IMG/VR virus record: IMGVR_UViG_3300032893_000040
Location: 1,637 to 65,636 of that record
Length of the DNA stretch: 64,000 bases
DNA from: a virus
Taxonomy: Duplodnaviria > Caudoviricetes
Reading direction: 5' to 3' (one strand)
In this document: positions 56,601 through 64,000 of the stretch, piece by piece
Position numbering within the stretch: position 1 is the stretch's first letter
Layout of the letters: each line of letters opens with the position of its first letter
Notes under the pieces: model-generated
Told to the model about the DNA's origin: nothing
Database searches by the model: none
The model's input: only the letters and a program-made list of their open reading frames with translations
Translations under genes and position numbers: made by a program

Positions 56601-56786
56601 AAGGATGGGGATGTCATTCTGGCGGTGTGCTTCCCGGAACTGTTCCCCGGAGAGAATCTGATCTCGATCGCCGATGCGAAGCTCCTCCTGGGCGACAAGT
56701 TCGATCAGACCAACATCTACAAGTGGATGTGGGACAACGGGTGGAACAAATCGTTGCCAGAGGCATGGCGGGAGTTCCTCAAATGA
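53667..56786 (+). CDS. multidomain GT2 - SAM methyltransferase - GT17-like - GT2 - GT9-like N-domain enzyme
   Basis: SIVIPTY/LNDD/GEDTDF; EVGSWHGRS/FIDADH/GHDY; FFNELDLL/SDVDEIP/GWHFSF; STKDR/FDDG/LDDD; GLGDH. Confidence 0.88.
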   Translation: MISIVIPTYSNAKGFQSCVESILENSTLDDYEIVVVANGAPQETRETIFALEHRARVQSKWFDEPIGMTRATNEGIKLAKGDFIVVLNDDTVILGPEWLKLLQEPFADATVGVTGPQKEHDPNSNHDFLIFFCVMIRRDVFARIGILDEVFNPGFGEDTDFCIRAERAGFKVVTVPSEEGHFLADHPNSSDLPEWKKQKMWVGQFPIYHDGEQTFSKLKDTDSILERNRKILHDRYASPYNIDYAVRIDGWMAEEELRWLAKKATEHKTVIEVGSWHGRSSRAIADNLPANGKLYCVDTWGGSSGEPDAHGSAKQKEGDNAFIYFNKHMSEHLLTGKVRAIRMTSTNGAELLKDLAIQADMIFIDADHNYENVKADIESYLPLLAPGGLICGHDYSEEQLVWVGVKQAVNERFPNVSRAPKTSIWYVDPKKLAPVRKREVYDCFVFFNELDLLEMRLTELDGVVDHFVVVEGVKTHSNQPKLLYFKENAERFARWKDRIIHVVVDDYPEFTNAWDNERHQRDSILKGLVGCQDDDIIIISDVDEIPRAHMVETYNPKTGIGFVEQDLYYYFLDCQCTHKWNWLRILPWKLMKGMTPCQVRYFPATENIIPNGGWHFSFMGGVDRIIDKVKAYAHQEYNTPDFLDPKRLLEKVRAGEDIFGRDEHYKIVPVDDSFPGYVRSHKAELAGKGYIAGLTKRTVTAEISTKDRYFTTLPMAVMSVVNQTRKPDRLVIFDDGEQKDLREVSPYKALLQMCQDAGIAWEVQATPRMGQVANHQHMLDTAQTDFVWRLDDDNVAEPTCLAKLLESMEDPKVGAVGGLVFHPGAVQPLPRFVTAKMEDIFTGLNMQWFQWNGGPREAEHLYSTFLYRVEAGKAAGGYQKNLSPVGHREETIFTHSIQRAGYKLLVNPGAKTWHLRESSGGIRSYKEGGHWDHDELIFREKLSEWRIAVRAKKVIVLDCGLGDHWAFKSVWPEIKERYKDGDVILAVCFPELFPGENLISIADAKLLLGDKFDQTNIYKWMWDNGWNKSLPEAWREFLK

Positions 56787-57238
56787 TAGTACTCTCGCCC
56801 TATTCCAGACCGCTACGCAACGGTGAACCAAACCCGAAGGACTATCCGTTGTGGCATACTGTAGTCAAGCGTCTCGGCAAGGATGCGGTGTTGCAGATCG
56901 GGACCTCCGGAGAGAAGCCCATCGCCGGAGTTTCAGACTTCCGTGACAACCTGTCCATGATCGAAATAGAGGACCTCATACACCAGTGCGACACATGGAT
57001 GTCGGTTGACAATTTTCTTCCGCACATGGTTCACTGCCTGGGTCTCAAACCGGGAGTAGTGGTGTACGGAAAGTCGGACCCGAACATCTTCGGTTATCCG
57101 GAGAACCGAAATCTCCTCCGGAACAGGAGGTTCCTACGGAAACTACAATTCGACATCTGGGAAAGAGAGAAGCTGGAGCCACAGGTTTTCGTGACTCCGA
57201 CTACCGTAGTGCAGGCCGTGTTATCATTGGTAAAATAA
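56783..57238 (+). CDS. GT9 (heptosyltransferase-like) C-terminal domain
   Basis: NPKDYP.W, QIG, VDNFLPHM, GVVVYG.SDP..FGY; ATGA overlap. Confidence 0.7.
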   Translation: MIVLSPYSRPLRNGEPNPKDYPLWHTVVKRLGKDAVLQIGTSGEKPIAGVSDFRDNLSMIEIEDLIHQCDTWMSVDNFLPHMVHCLGLKPGVVVYGKSDPNIFGYPENRNLLRNRRFLRKLQFDIWEREKLEPQVFVTPTTVVQAVLSLVK

Positions 57239-57249
57239 GAGGGGTCAAG

Positions 57250-57630
57250 GTGACAGAACTAGTGAGAAAGACGGGCAGAGGTTTCGCTAAAACGGCAATC
57301 GTACTCGCAACAGCGTTTGGCGGAGGTCTGATAGGGGCCGTATTCAACCAGGGCATAGAACACCAGAAGGTAGCGGCTCTCGAACAGAAGGTGGCGGCTC
57401 AGGACGCTTTCGCCCAGGGGCTGGTCAGGGAAGATACCGGCATGAAGGAGCGGATTTCCGTTCTGGAAAACACCATCAAGTCCGTTGACACTCAGATGTC
57501 CACCATATCGTCCCAACACCAGGACATGATCGGCGATCTCGGAATCATCAAGGGAGAACTCCAGGTGTTACTCAGGTACGCCGGGGGGCAGAATACTGCC
57601 AAGTCAACTGCCAAACACAAAGGGGGGTAA
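57250..57630 (+). CDS. TM plus coiled-coil protein (lysis module)
   Basis: One hydrophobic segment followed by heptads. Confidence 0.6.
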   Translation: MTELVRKTGRGFAKTAIVLATAFGGGLIGAVFNQGIEHQKVAALEQKVAAQDAFAQGLVREDTGMKERISVLENTIKSVDTQMSTISSQHQDMIGDLGIIKGELQVLLRYAGGQNTAKSTAKHKGG

Positions 57631-57631
57631 C

Positions 57632-57910
57632 ATGAAGCACAATTTCGACATAACGCAGTTCGTGAAGGAGAGCAACGGGCAGTTCTCCGGAATGCGCCTT
57701 GCCGTACTCATCACGGTGGTCACGGCATGCAACATGGGAATCACCATCACAGCCGCCGTGGCTTCCGGTCTCACCAAGGACCCCGTTGCCGTGGGCACCG
57801 TTTGCGGCCTTATCACGACGATGATCACGGGTGCTCTCGGCATGAAGGCTATCCAGAAGGGAAAGGAAGATTCCACACCCCCGGAGGCCTCCGATGGGAA
57901 AAATAGCTGA
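57632..57910 (+). CDS. holin candidate (2 TM)
   Basis: FSGMRL, two TM segments, KAIQK. Confidence 0.6.
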   Translation: MKHNFDITQFVKESNGQFSGMRLAVLITVVTACNMGITITAAVASGLTKDPVAVGTVCGLITTMITGALGMKAIQKGKEDSTPPEASDGKNS

Positions 57911-58544
57911 TGTGTGGAACGGGGCCGCGTTCCTGATCAAGGCCGCGATAATCCTCGCGGTCCTTCTGGTCGCCCTCATCTTTCTGAACCGCCTGAAACC
58001 CGCACCGGACGAGTACAAAGTTCCGGAACCGGACGGGTACGAGGACTACCATGAGGCGACCCCCACCAAGCCGATTCCGGAGAGCAAAGTTCCGGCTTTG
58101 CCGAATACCAAACCTGGGCACGTACGCGGGAAGGTAACGGTCACCACCCGCGACACGGTACACACAGTTTCGGGCAAGGATACGGTGATTCAGCACACGG
58201 TGGACATCTTCATCCCCACCAATGATCAGCCACCGATAGTGGACGGCGGACCGGGGACGCATGTCGTCTATGCCGAGGTATCGGAACCGTGGTTTGTCAT
58301 ACGGCCCGGAATTTTCGTAGGCGGTACGGTGAACATGAAACTCGAACCGTCGCTTTACGGGGGCCTGCTCATCATACAGGGATGGAAGGTGGTCGATCTG
58401 GGGGTGGGCATCGATCGGAACGGACTCGGACCGATGGGCGGCTACGAGTTCTGGCGCGAATTCACCATCTTCGGGCAGTATAACGTCATTACGTTTACGC
58501 CCGACAAACAACAGGCTTCCATTGGCATCGCTTATAGGTTCTGA
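57894..58544 (+). CDS. membrane-anchored protein with C-terminal outer-membrane beta strands (spanin-like candidate)
   Basis: N-terminal TM, Pro/Thr linker, amphipathic strands ending IGIAYRF. Confidence 0.55.
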   Translation: MGKIADVWNGAAFLIKAAIILAVLLVALIFLNRLKPAPDEYKVPEPDGYEDYHEATPTKPIPESKVPALPNTKPGHVRGKVTVTTRDTVHTVSGKDTVIQHTVDIFIPTNDQPPIVDGGPGTHVVYAEVSEPWFVIRPGIFVGGTVNMKLEPSLYGGLLIIQGWKVVDLGVGIDRNGLGPMGGYEFWREFTIFGQYNVITFTPDKQQASIGIAYRF

Positions 58545-58777
58545 TGTCACCAAGTGCCCAGCTCCTGATGGACCTGCTGGACCGCTACCCGAAACTGGGA
58601 GTCGATGAAGCGGCTGATCTGTTGTGCTTGAGAAGTCAGAGGGCCAACGAGGTCCTTCGTGAGGTAAGAGACGAATTCAGAAGAAGGAGAGGCTTATGTT
58701 CGGACGACTCTATGTATGGAAGGCGAACCCAGGAGACGGACTCTTTGCCTGGCTCCAAAAATTCATCACCGGGGTAG
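58544..58777 (+). CDS. hypothetical protein
   Basis: TGATG coupling. Confidence 0.4.
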   Translation: MSPSAQLLMDLLDRYPKLGVDEAADLLCLRSQRANEVLREVRDEFRRRRGLCSDDSMYGRRTQETDSLPGSKNSSPG

Positions 58778-59238
58778 CATACAAACATACCTCCGGTGGA
58801 GTGGGTACCATCTATAACGACGGCAGGGAATGGCAGTTTGAAATGTTCCTCTGTGGAACAACGACACCGCTCGGAGCGACAACGCCCGATCTCTGCAGAC
58901 AGTGGAAGATTAATGCTCCGGACGCAATAGTTCGTGCGGCTTTCATCAACTGCGCGGTCCAGAATTCCGGCAAGGTGTACGGATTCCTGTCGCTACTCAA
59001 TTACATTCCGCGCCGCATCGTCGAACTCTTCGGATTCAACGGCAGGGGAGTCGCGTTCATTCACGTCGGAAACGTCTGCTCTTCCGCGTGGCTGGTTGAC
59101 TGCATTCAGGAACTGGCAGTAGCGATGCAGTGGGGTGATCTCTTCACGAAGACGCTCGAGTGGAACCGGAACGTGTTTCATTCGGGCGACATGGTGAACT
59201 TGCTACTCAGCTTCCCCAATTACTTTACGGAGGTCTAA
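58696..59238 (+). CDS. permuted papain-like (YiiX/NlpC-P60) enzyme
   Basis: His before Cys: YKHT..GKVYG..NVCSS; AAGGAG RBS. Confidence 0.6.
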   Translation: MFGRLYVWKANPGDGLFAWLQKFITGVAYKHTSGGVGTIYNDGREWQFEMFLCGTTTPLGATTPDLCRQWKINAPDAIVRAAFINCAVQNSGKVYGFLSLLNYIPRRIVELFGFNGRGVAFIHVGNVCSSAWLVDCIQELAVAMQWGDLFTKTLEWNRNVFHSGDMVNLLLSFPNYFTEV

Positions 59239-59678
59239 TGGAATTCGTGTGGGCGGTCGTTGCACTCGCCATCTACGCGCTGTTCGATTACTTCGGCTAT
59301 AACGCGGCCGAAGTTCACAATTCCGTGCCGGAGTACCGGAAGGTCCAGGTCGTGTTCGCGGCGGTCCTGATAGCCCTCCTCTGGACCTGGATGAACTACC
59401 AATCCGTGCTCATGGGCGTATTCATGTGGTGGACTTTCAGCGCGGACTTCATGTACTACCAATGGGCCAAGTGGATAAAGAAGTACCCGGACGAAATTCG
59501 CGGGTTTGAGAACGACGTGGAAGGGAACAAGGTCATATGGGCGTGGTGGACCCCGGTAGGACTGGCCATGGGGCGAGCCAAGAACAAGACGAAGCCCATC
59601 GACGGACTCATACTTACCGTCCAGATGCTCGTCGGCGTGATCTGCGCCATAATCTACCAAATCATAATCTACTGGTGA
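59238..59678 (+). CDS. multi-TM membrane protein
   Basis: 3-4 hydrophobic segments; WAWWTPVG; GGAGG RBS. Confidence 0.65.
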   Translation: MEFVWAVVALAIYALFDYFGYNAAEVHNSVPEYRKVQVVFAAVLIALLWTWMNYQSVLMGVFMWWTFSADFMYYQWAKWIKKYPDEIRGFENDVEGNKVIWAWWTPVGLAMGRAKNKTKPIDGLILTVQMLVGVICAIIYQIIIYW

Positions 59679-59683
59679 AACTG

Positions 59684-60175
59684 ATGGCCTTCGAGCAGGT
59701 GATAGGAAAAGTAATATTCAACGAGGTAGGTAATGATCCCAAGAACCCGGAAGGGTATGTCAACAACCCGAAGGACCCAGGCGGAGAGACCAAGTTTGGA
59801 ATCTCCAAGAAACGGTACCCCAATATCGATATCAAGTCCCTCACTCTGGATGGGGCGCGAGCGTTATATAAGCGGGATTATTTCGACGCAAACCATCTCG
59901 GTGATCTCAGTGACGTGGGACTACAATATTACGTCCTCGATATGGTAGTCAACATGGGGTCCGGTCCCAAGCTCTTCCAGAGGGCACTTTTCGTTCCGGA
60001 TGACGGCATCATAGGACCGCAAACGATCGCGGCGGCAAACGGCAGGGACGCGCACGCCCTCATTGACAAGCTCATCGAACTGCGCGTCAGGCAATACGTC
60101 CATGACGTGATCGTGAATCCAGATCAGGTGGTCTTTCTGGGTGGATGGGTTGGACGGGCGTTCATTCGTTTCTAA
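59684..60175 (+). CDS. endolysin, GH108 family
   Basis: EGYVNNPKDPGGETKFGISK, DMVVNMG, DGIIGPQT, FLGGW. Confidence 0.9.
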   Translation: MAFEQVIGKVIFNEVGNDPKNPEGYVNNPKDPGGETKFGISKKRYPNIDIKSLTLDGARALYKRDYFDANHLGDLSDVGLQYYVLDMVVNMGSGPKLFQRALFVPDDGIIGPQTIAAANGRDAHALIDKLIELRVRQYVHDVIVNPDQVVFLGGWVGRAFIRF

Positions 60176-60867
60176 CGAATTTGGATATCATCCACCCGAA
60201 AGGTATCAGGAGAACGGTTTGGGTTGGTCCAAGTAAGCGACCCTTGAGGCTTCCGATGATGAAGCCAGAATCGGACGGCATGGAGACAAGCAAACACAGC
60301 AAGATAAGGCTTATATAGGATAGCAAGCAGACTCCCGAATGGCGAGAAACAAAGAAGAACCAACGCCGTGTGAATGTTCCCAGCATGGAGGTTAACCTGC
60401 CAGAGCGGGAAGAGGAGGATGAAGAGGACACTGCCATATCTGAACTCCTTTGCCTTTTTGAAAATTCCGAGCATACACGCTACCATGAGCCAGTAATTGA
60501 TCTGGCACGCGCTGAATAGATCGAATAGCGTAAACGGCCACCACGTCCACCGCGTGAAGTCCTTGTAAACCCATCCGATTCCGAACAACTTTCCCCTCGG
60601 AATGATCTTGTCGAACCGGCCTAACGCGGCCCAATAGTAAACTGGAAAGTCGAATCCGTATCTCTCCTGGGCGAACACGGCGGGGACGTACCACAAGATT
60701 GCCAATATTAGAATTATTGCTACTCCCGTCCGGCTGGTCAGTTTTTCAAGGTCGTCTATCCGCAACCATGCCCACCAAAGAATGACGCAAGCCCATATCC
60801 AATAGTTGTCCAGGATAAAGGGCCACCACCATCCTTCCGCATGGCCAGTATTAATATTGAGATTCAC
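60172..60867 (-). CDS. GT87/DUF2029-like membrane glycosyltransferase (short)
   Basis: DFPVYYWAA, WVY..WWPF, GNI, LYKPY within multiple TMs. Confidence 0.55.
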   Translation of the reverse strand: MNLNINTGHAEGWWWPFILDNYWIWACVILWWAWLRIDDLEKLTSRTGVAIILILAILWYVPAVFAQERYGFDFPVYYWAALGRFDKIIPRGKLFGIGWVYKDFTRWTWWPFTLFDLFSACQINYWLMVACMLGIFKKAKEFRYGSVLFILLFPLWQVNLHAGNIHTALVLLCFSPFGSLLAILYKPYLAVFACLHAVRFWLHHRKPQGSLTWTNPNRSPDTFRVDDIQIR

Positions 60868-61094
60868 TTTTTCTCCTTGAGGGCACGGATGGCGGCGGCG
60901 ATTTGTTCGGTCAGGTCCATCACGTCATACTCATCGTTTGAGAATGTCTCAACTTCCTTCGCCGCCTCCTCCAGCGCCTCGTTCCTGGCGAGGGGGGACT
61001 TGGACGCGAGCAGCTTACTTGCCTTGATGCTGTCGTCCGCTGAAATGGCGCGGTGAGAAATCCATGCTTCGATGCTGTCGTATTCGCCTGTCAT
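60864..61094 (-). CDS. hypothetical protein
   Basis: ARNEALEEAAK...IAAAIRALK. Confidence 0.65.
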   Translation of the reverse strand: MTGEYDSIEAWISHRAISADDSIKASKLLASKSPLARNEALEEAAKEVETFSNDEYDVMDLTEQIAAAIRALKEKK

Positions 61095-61142
61095 TGTTCC
61101 TCCGGCTTCGGTTGGGGGGTGCCCATGGGTGGGGCTCCTGAT

Positions 61143-61382
61143 TTATGAAACAAGTTCACCGCGTCCACATACGAAGGCTCGACATTCCCTAACCAGCAAA
61201 GTGCTCTCCTCCAAGTCAAGCTGTTTTCCGTCGTGGCGCGAGCATAGAATCTCGTACTGCCAATGTCCAGAATCTACGTGGTTGCACTGAAATACGAGGT
61301 CTGGATATACTTGGGACAGATAGCCGAGAACTGCCTGTGCTGTCCCAACAGTTTTAGTGCACCCGAGTTTGTGGCGTATCAT
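61143..61382 (-). CDS. hypothetical protein
   Basis: ATGA overlap; AGGAGG upstream. Confidence 0.55.
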   Translation of the reverse strand: MIRHKLGCTKTVGTAQAVLGYLSQVYPDLVFQCNHVDSGHWQYEILCSRHDGKQLDLEESTLLVRECRAFVCGRGELVS

Positions 61383-61822
61383 TTCCCTTCCTCCTTTCGA
61401 TCACCAGAGGGGACATTTTCCGTCCCCGAATGAGACTGTTTGTCATGGCGGGAGAGGAACGAGTCCGTCGCTTCGACGATGTGCGTCAGCGCGTCTCCGA
61501 GTGCCCGTGGATTGTCGAGGCCATTCCAGTATTCGTTGACGTGCCGAATCAGGTCTATCGCCTCTCTCATCTCCTCGGCGTGGCGGGATTCAAGGGCGTG
61601 GAGACGGTCAACGAGAAACGCATTATCCCATCTTGCAACGTCCATCTCCTCGGCGTGCTTCGATTCGGCGGCGTCAGCACGGATGTATTCAACATCGGAA
61701 TCATTGACCCGCTCGTGGCACCATGTAACGTGACCGGTCTCAACCGGTATCGGGCCGCGGTCATCCTCGATTTGCAAGTATATTTTCTCCGGCATGTCCG
61801 GCTTCGGTTGGGGGGTGCTCAT
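61379..61822 (-). CDS. modular accessory protein (mosaic with 62040-62555)
   Basis: PEKIYLQ..VTWC..DVEYIRAD; shared blocks AAESKHAEEM, LESRHAEEMRE, QSHSGTENVPSGDRK. Confidence 0.75.
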   Translation of the reverse strand: MSTPQPKPDMPEKIYLQIEDDRGPIPVETGHVTWCHERVNDSDVEYIRADAAESKHAEEMDVARWDNAFLVDRLHALESRHAEEMREAIDLIRHVNEYWNGLDNPRALGDALTHIVEATDSFLSRHDKQSHSGTENVPSGDRKEEGK

Positions 61823-62397
61823 GGGTAGGGCTCCTGTGGATGAAATTGGATAATAATCTTGGGCGACTTAACCTCCAGACTACCGATGTGATTTCCGCAG
61901 AGATCGTATGCCGCCCCGCAGATTGGACAATGATACTCGCCAGTGAATCCATAGCAGTCTCTCCCACAACAATTCAGCCGTTCCACAATCTCAGTTCCTA
62001 CCCCGAAAAATTGGCGTGGATTGATGGGATAAACTATGCTCATGTCTTGTCCTTTCGATCACCAGAGGGGACATTTTCCGTCCCCGAATGAGACTGACGG
62101 GTAGCGAGAAAGGCGGCGACAAGTTCCTTTTTGCGTTGCGGCCCAAGCGTTATCTCACTTTCGCCGCCCGTCCAGTCATAGACAGCCATCACATAAGCCC
62201 ACGCAATGCCCTCTCTCATCTCCTCGGCGTGGCGGGATTCAAGGGAGGAGAGACGGGCAGTCAAGCGACGGATTTCACTTGCTTGCATCGCGAACGTCCA
62301 CTTTGCGCGCTCGGCGACAGACTCGACGCCCTCGTGGAGTATGGGATTCTCTGCCTCGACGCTCCGCATCTCCTCGGCGTGCTTCGATTCGGCGGCG
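61392..62397. repeat. three pairs of identical direct repeats (47, 36 and 31 bp)
   Basis: 61392-61438=62050-62096; 61561-61596=62210-62245; 61643-61673=62367-62397. Confidence 0.92.
61819..62043 (-). CDS. small Zn-binding protein
   Basis: CCG...CPICG; ATGA overlaps. Confidence 0.6.
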   Translation of the reverse strand: MSIVYPINPRQFFGVGTEIVERLNCCGRDCYGFTGEYHCPICGAAYDLCGNHIGSLEVKSPKIIIQFHPQEPYP

Positions 62398-62555
62398 GCC
62401 AGAGCGGTTTTGAGGCGTTCGTTCTCCGCTCGGAGTTTCACGATGTCGTCAGCGATGATGCTACGCGCCGCGATTTGGCCGTCTCGTTTCGACAAGTCTA
62501 CTATGCGCCCAATCTCAAGCGTTACCATGTGTTTATGAAGTTCGTTCTCGTTCAT
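62040..62555 (-). CDS. modular coiled-coil accessory protein (mosaic with 61379-61822)
   Basis: LRAENERLK; shared blocks; start moved to MNENEL. Confidence 0.72.
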   Translation of the reverse strand: MNENELHKHMVTLEIGRIVDLSKRDGQIAARSIIADDIVKLRAENERLKTALAAAESKHAEEMRSVEAENPILHEGVESVAERAKWTFAMQASEIRRLTARLSSLESRHAEEMREGIAWAYVMAVYDWTGGESEITLGPQRKKELVAAFLATRQSHSGTENVPSGDRKDKT

Positions 62556-62767
62556 TTTCCCCTCTTGTCTTTGTGGAGGCGGACGGAGGTGACGGTGACG
62601 GTGACCTGATGCGTGTGGTCGTCGCATCGCTTGGCCTCAAGAAGCGACTTCCCATAACCGAGGAAGCGCACCCACGGACCGCCGCACCATCGCAACACGT
62701 TCGGGCCGCCAGCATAGCCGATGTACTTCCTCACCCTCCCGGTAGCGGGTTTCGTGGAATGGGTCAT
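62552..62767 (-). CDS. hypothetical protein
   Basis: GGAGGT RBS; ATGA overlaps. Confidence 0.55.
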   Translation of the reverse strand: MTHSTKPATGRVRKYIGYAGGPNVLRWCGGPWVRFLGYGKSLLEAKRCDDHTHQVTVTVTSVRLHKDKRGK

Positions 62768-63009
62768 GAGACCTCCGGGTGATCGTGGTACTCATCGTCA
62801 ATCGTGGAGAATGAGCCCCAACCAATGGCCCACGTAAGCCCCTCCAACACCTGATAAAGCATTGGCGGCCCGGCGGGGTAGGGCGTACCTTCCCACAGCC
62901 ACATCTCCATTGCTTCATGGCCCTTCCGCCACTCAATCAGTTTGGCCGTCCAGTAAACCAGCCAGCCCGGAGAAAACTTGTATCCCAGCGGGTGCTTATG
63001 CAGTTTCAT
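62764..63009 (-). CDS. hypothetical protein
   Basis: AGGAGG RBS. Confidence 0.6.
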   Translation of the reverse strand: MKLHKHPLGYKFSPGWLVYWTAKLIEWRKGHEAMEMWLWEGTPYPAGPPMLYQVLEGLTWAIGWGSFSTIDDEYHDHPEVS

Positions 63010-63141
63010 TCTCTCCTCCTTTGACTAGAGTGACACGCTCGACTGAGTCCATTTTCCCCGCGAGGGGGACGGACTATCCCGCCTTCATTGTTTTAGCGAG
63101 TAACGTCAGAGAGTCCTCTTACGACCGTTCATTGACCCCCG

Positions 63142-63528
63142 CTACGGTTCCTCGCCCGTACCAAGAATTTCGAGGGCGGTTTTGCCGTAGGCGACCGTTT
63201 GTTCCATCACGCTTTTTGCGTTCTTTCTCGTGTTACAAGATTTGCACAAGAGCTGCCAGTTGGAGGGCGCGTTGAAATCCTGGCGGTTCGGGTTAATGTG
63301 ATCTCCCTCCAGTTCAGTCGGCGGGAAGTGGTCGCCGCATATAGCACACTTCCCGGCCTGCCTCACGTACAGTTTCTCCCTAAGTCGCGGGGAGATCCTC
63401 TTCCGCTTCTCCCTGCCGGGGTTCTCTAGCCGCTCTCGCATCAGGGTCTTCACGGCGCGGTCGAATTCGGAGGTGCCGTAGACTGACCGCATCTTCTTCA
63501 GGGCTTCGAGACAGGTGAGTTCTTCCAT
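63142..63528 (-). CDS. HNH endonuclease
   Basis: CAIC..DHINP..NWQLLCKSCN. Confidence 0.88.
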   Translation of the reverse strand: MEELTCLEALKKMRSVYGTSEFDRAVKTLMRERLENPGREKRKRISPRLREKLYVRQAGKCAICGDHFPPTELEGDHINPNRQDFNAPSNWQLLCKSCNTRKNAKSVMEQTVAYGKTALEILGTGEEP

Positions 63529-63941
63529 TACTTCACCGCCATCTTGGTTGTAAGGAGCGTGAGTGCGTCACCTACTTCTTTCGGCATCGTGACCACCTTG
63601 CCTTCTTTAGAGCAGTCTTTGTGCGGGCGGTGCCGCTCGCCGCAGATCGAGCAGTCGATCAAGGGCGCAGTAACAATCTCCCTCTTAACGGGTACAAACG
63701 AATTGATGTTACTGACGAACGCCGCGAGGGAGTGACGACAGTGTTCACCCCACCACTCGTTACGAAAGTAGACTCCGAGCCGTCTGCGAATTTCATCATT
63801 ACTGACAGCAGCAAGCTCTTTGGCGAATCTGAGGTCTTTCCCCGTGATGATGTACGTCTCGCCGACATAATGACTCTCCCAGGCTTGTTTGAAGACTAGT
63901 GCCTTTGCGTATGGCTCGTCTGACTTTAGAATTCTCGGCAT
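63528..63941 (-). CDS. hypothetical protein
   Basis: CSIC..H..C near the C-terminus; TAATG coupling. Confidence 0.65.
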   Translation of the reverse strand: MPRILKSDEPYAKALVFKQAWESHYVGETYIITGKDLRFAKELAAVSNDEIRRRLGVYFRNEWWGEHCRHSLAAFVSNINSFVPVKREIVTAPLIDCSICGERHRPHKDCSKEGKVVTMPKEVGDALTLLTTKMAVK

Positions 63942-63957
63942 CGGTTCCTATGGAGAC

Positions 63958-63986
63958 TTGACAAAACGATTGCTTTTCCGTATACT
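63958..63986 (+). promoter_or_regulatory. sigma70-type promoter pointing out of the window
   Basis: TTGACA-17 bp-TATACT. Confidence 0.7.
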
Positions 63987-64000
63987 CAAATAGGGTAATT

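Noticed and set aside
61392-62397. CRISPR mini-array or DGR template/variable repeats
   Set aside because: The repeats are three different in-frame blocks with irregular spacing, no adenine-specific mismatches, and no cas or reverse transcriptase gene in the window.
1-64000. Integrated prophage or alternative genetic code
   Set aside because: No integrase, att site or host genes seen; standard-code ORFs tile densely and use all three stop codons.

Overview
This window is a large part of a tailed dsDNA phage genome, probably podovirus-like: there is no tape measure, tail tube or sheath, but there are ejection-type internal proteins. No integrase, CRISPR array, rRNA or complete tRNA is visible. 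Layout: (1) 1-14.1 kb, replication and recombination (SbcCD, family A polymerase, resolvase, gp32-like SSB, DnaB-type helicase, primase), containing a PurZ-kinase-dUTPase-HAD nucleotide cassette that points to a 2-aminoadenine (Z) genome but lacks the usual datZ/mazZ partners. (2) 14.0-21.5 kb, a leftward block of small early genes ending in a phage sigma factor; a conserved module ending in a sigma54-type -24/-12 element occurs three times in it. (3) 21.5-22.2 kb, a non-coding divergence point with short repeats. (4) 22.2-60.2 kb, rightward terminase, portal, capsid, adaptor, ejection and polyvalent genes, an ATP-grasp/zincin pair, a (Ser-Gly-Tyr)n fibre with an adjacent glycosyltransferase/methyltransferase cassette, and lysis genes. 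(5) 60.2-64 kb, leftward accessory genes, two of which are mosaics built on identical DNA blocks. The strongest leads are the non-canonical Z-genome cassette, the sigma54-like early promoter modules and the SGY-fibre glycosylation cassette. All calls come from reading motifs by eye; no searches were run, and several starts were adjusted from the ORF track using RBS and gene-overlap evidence.
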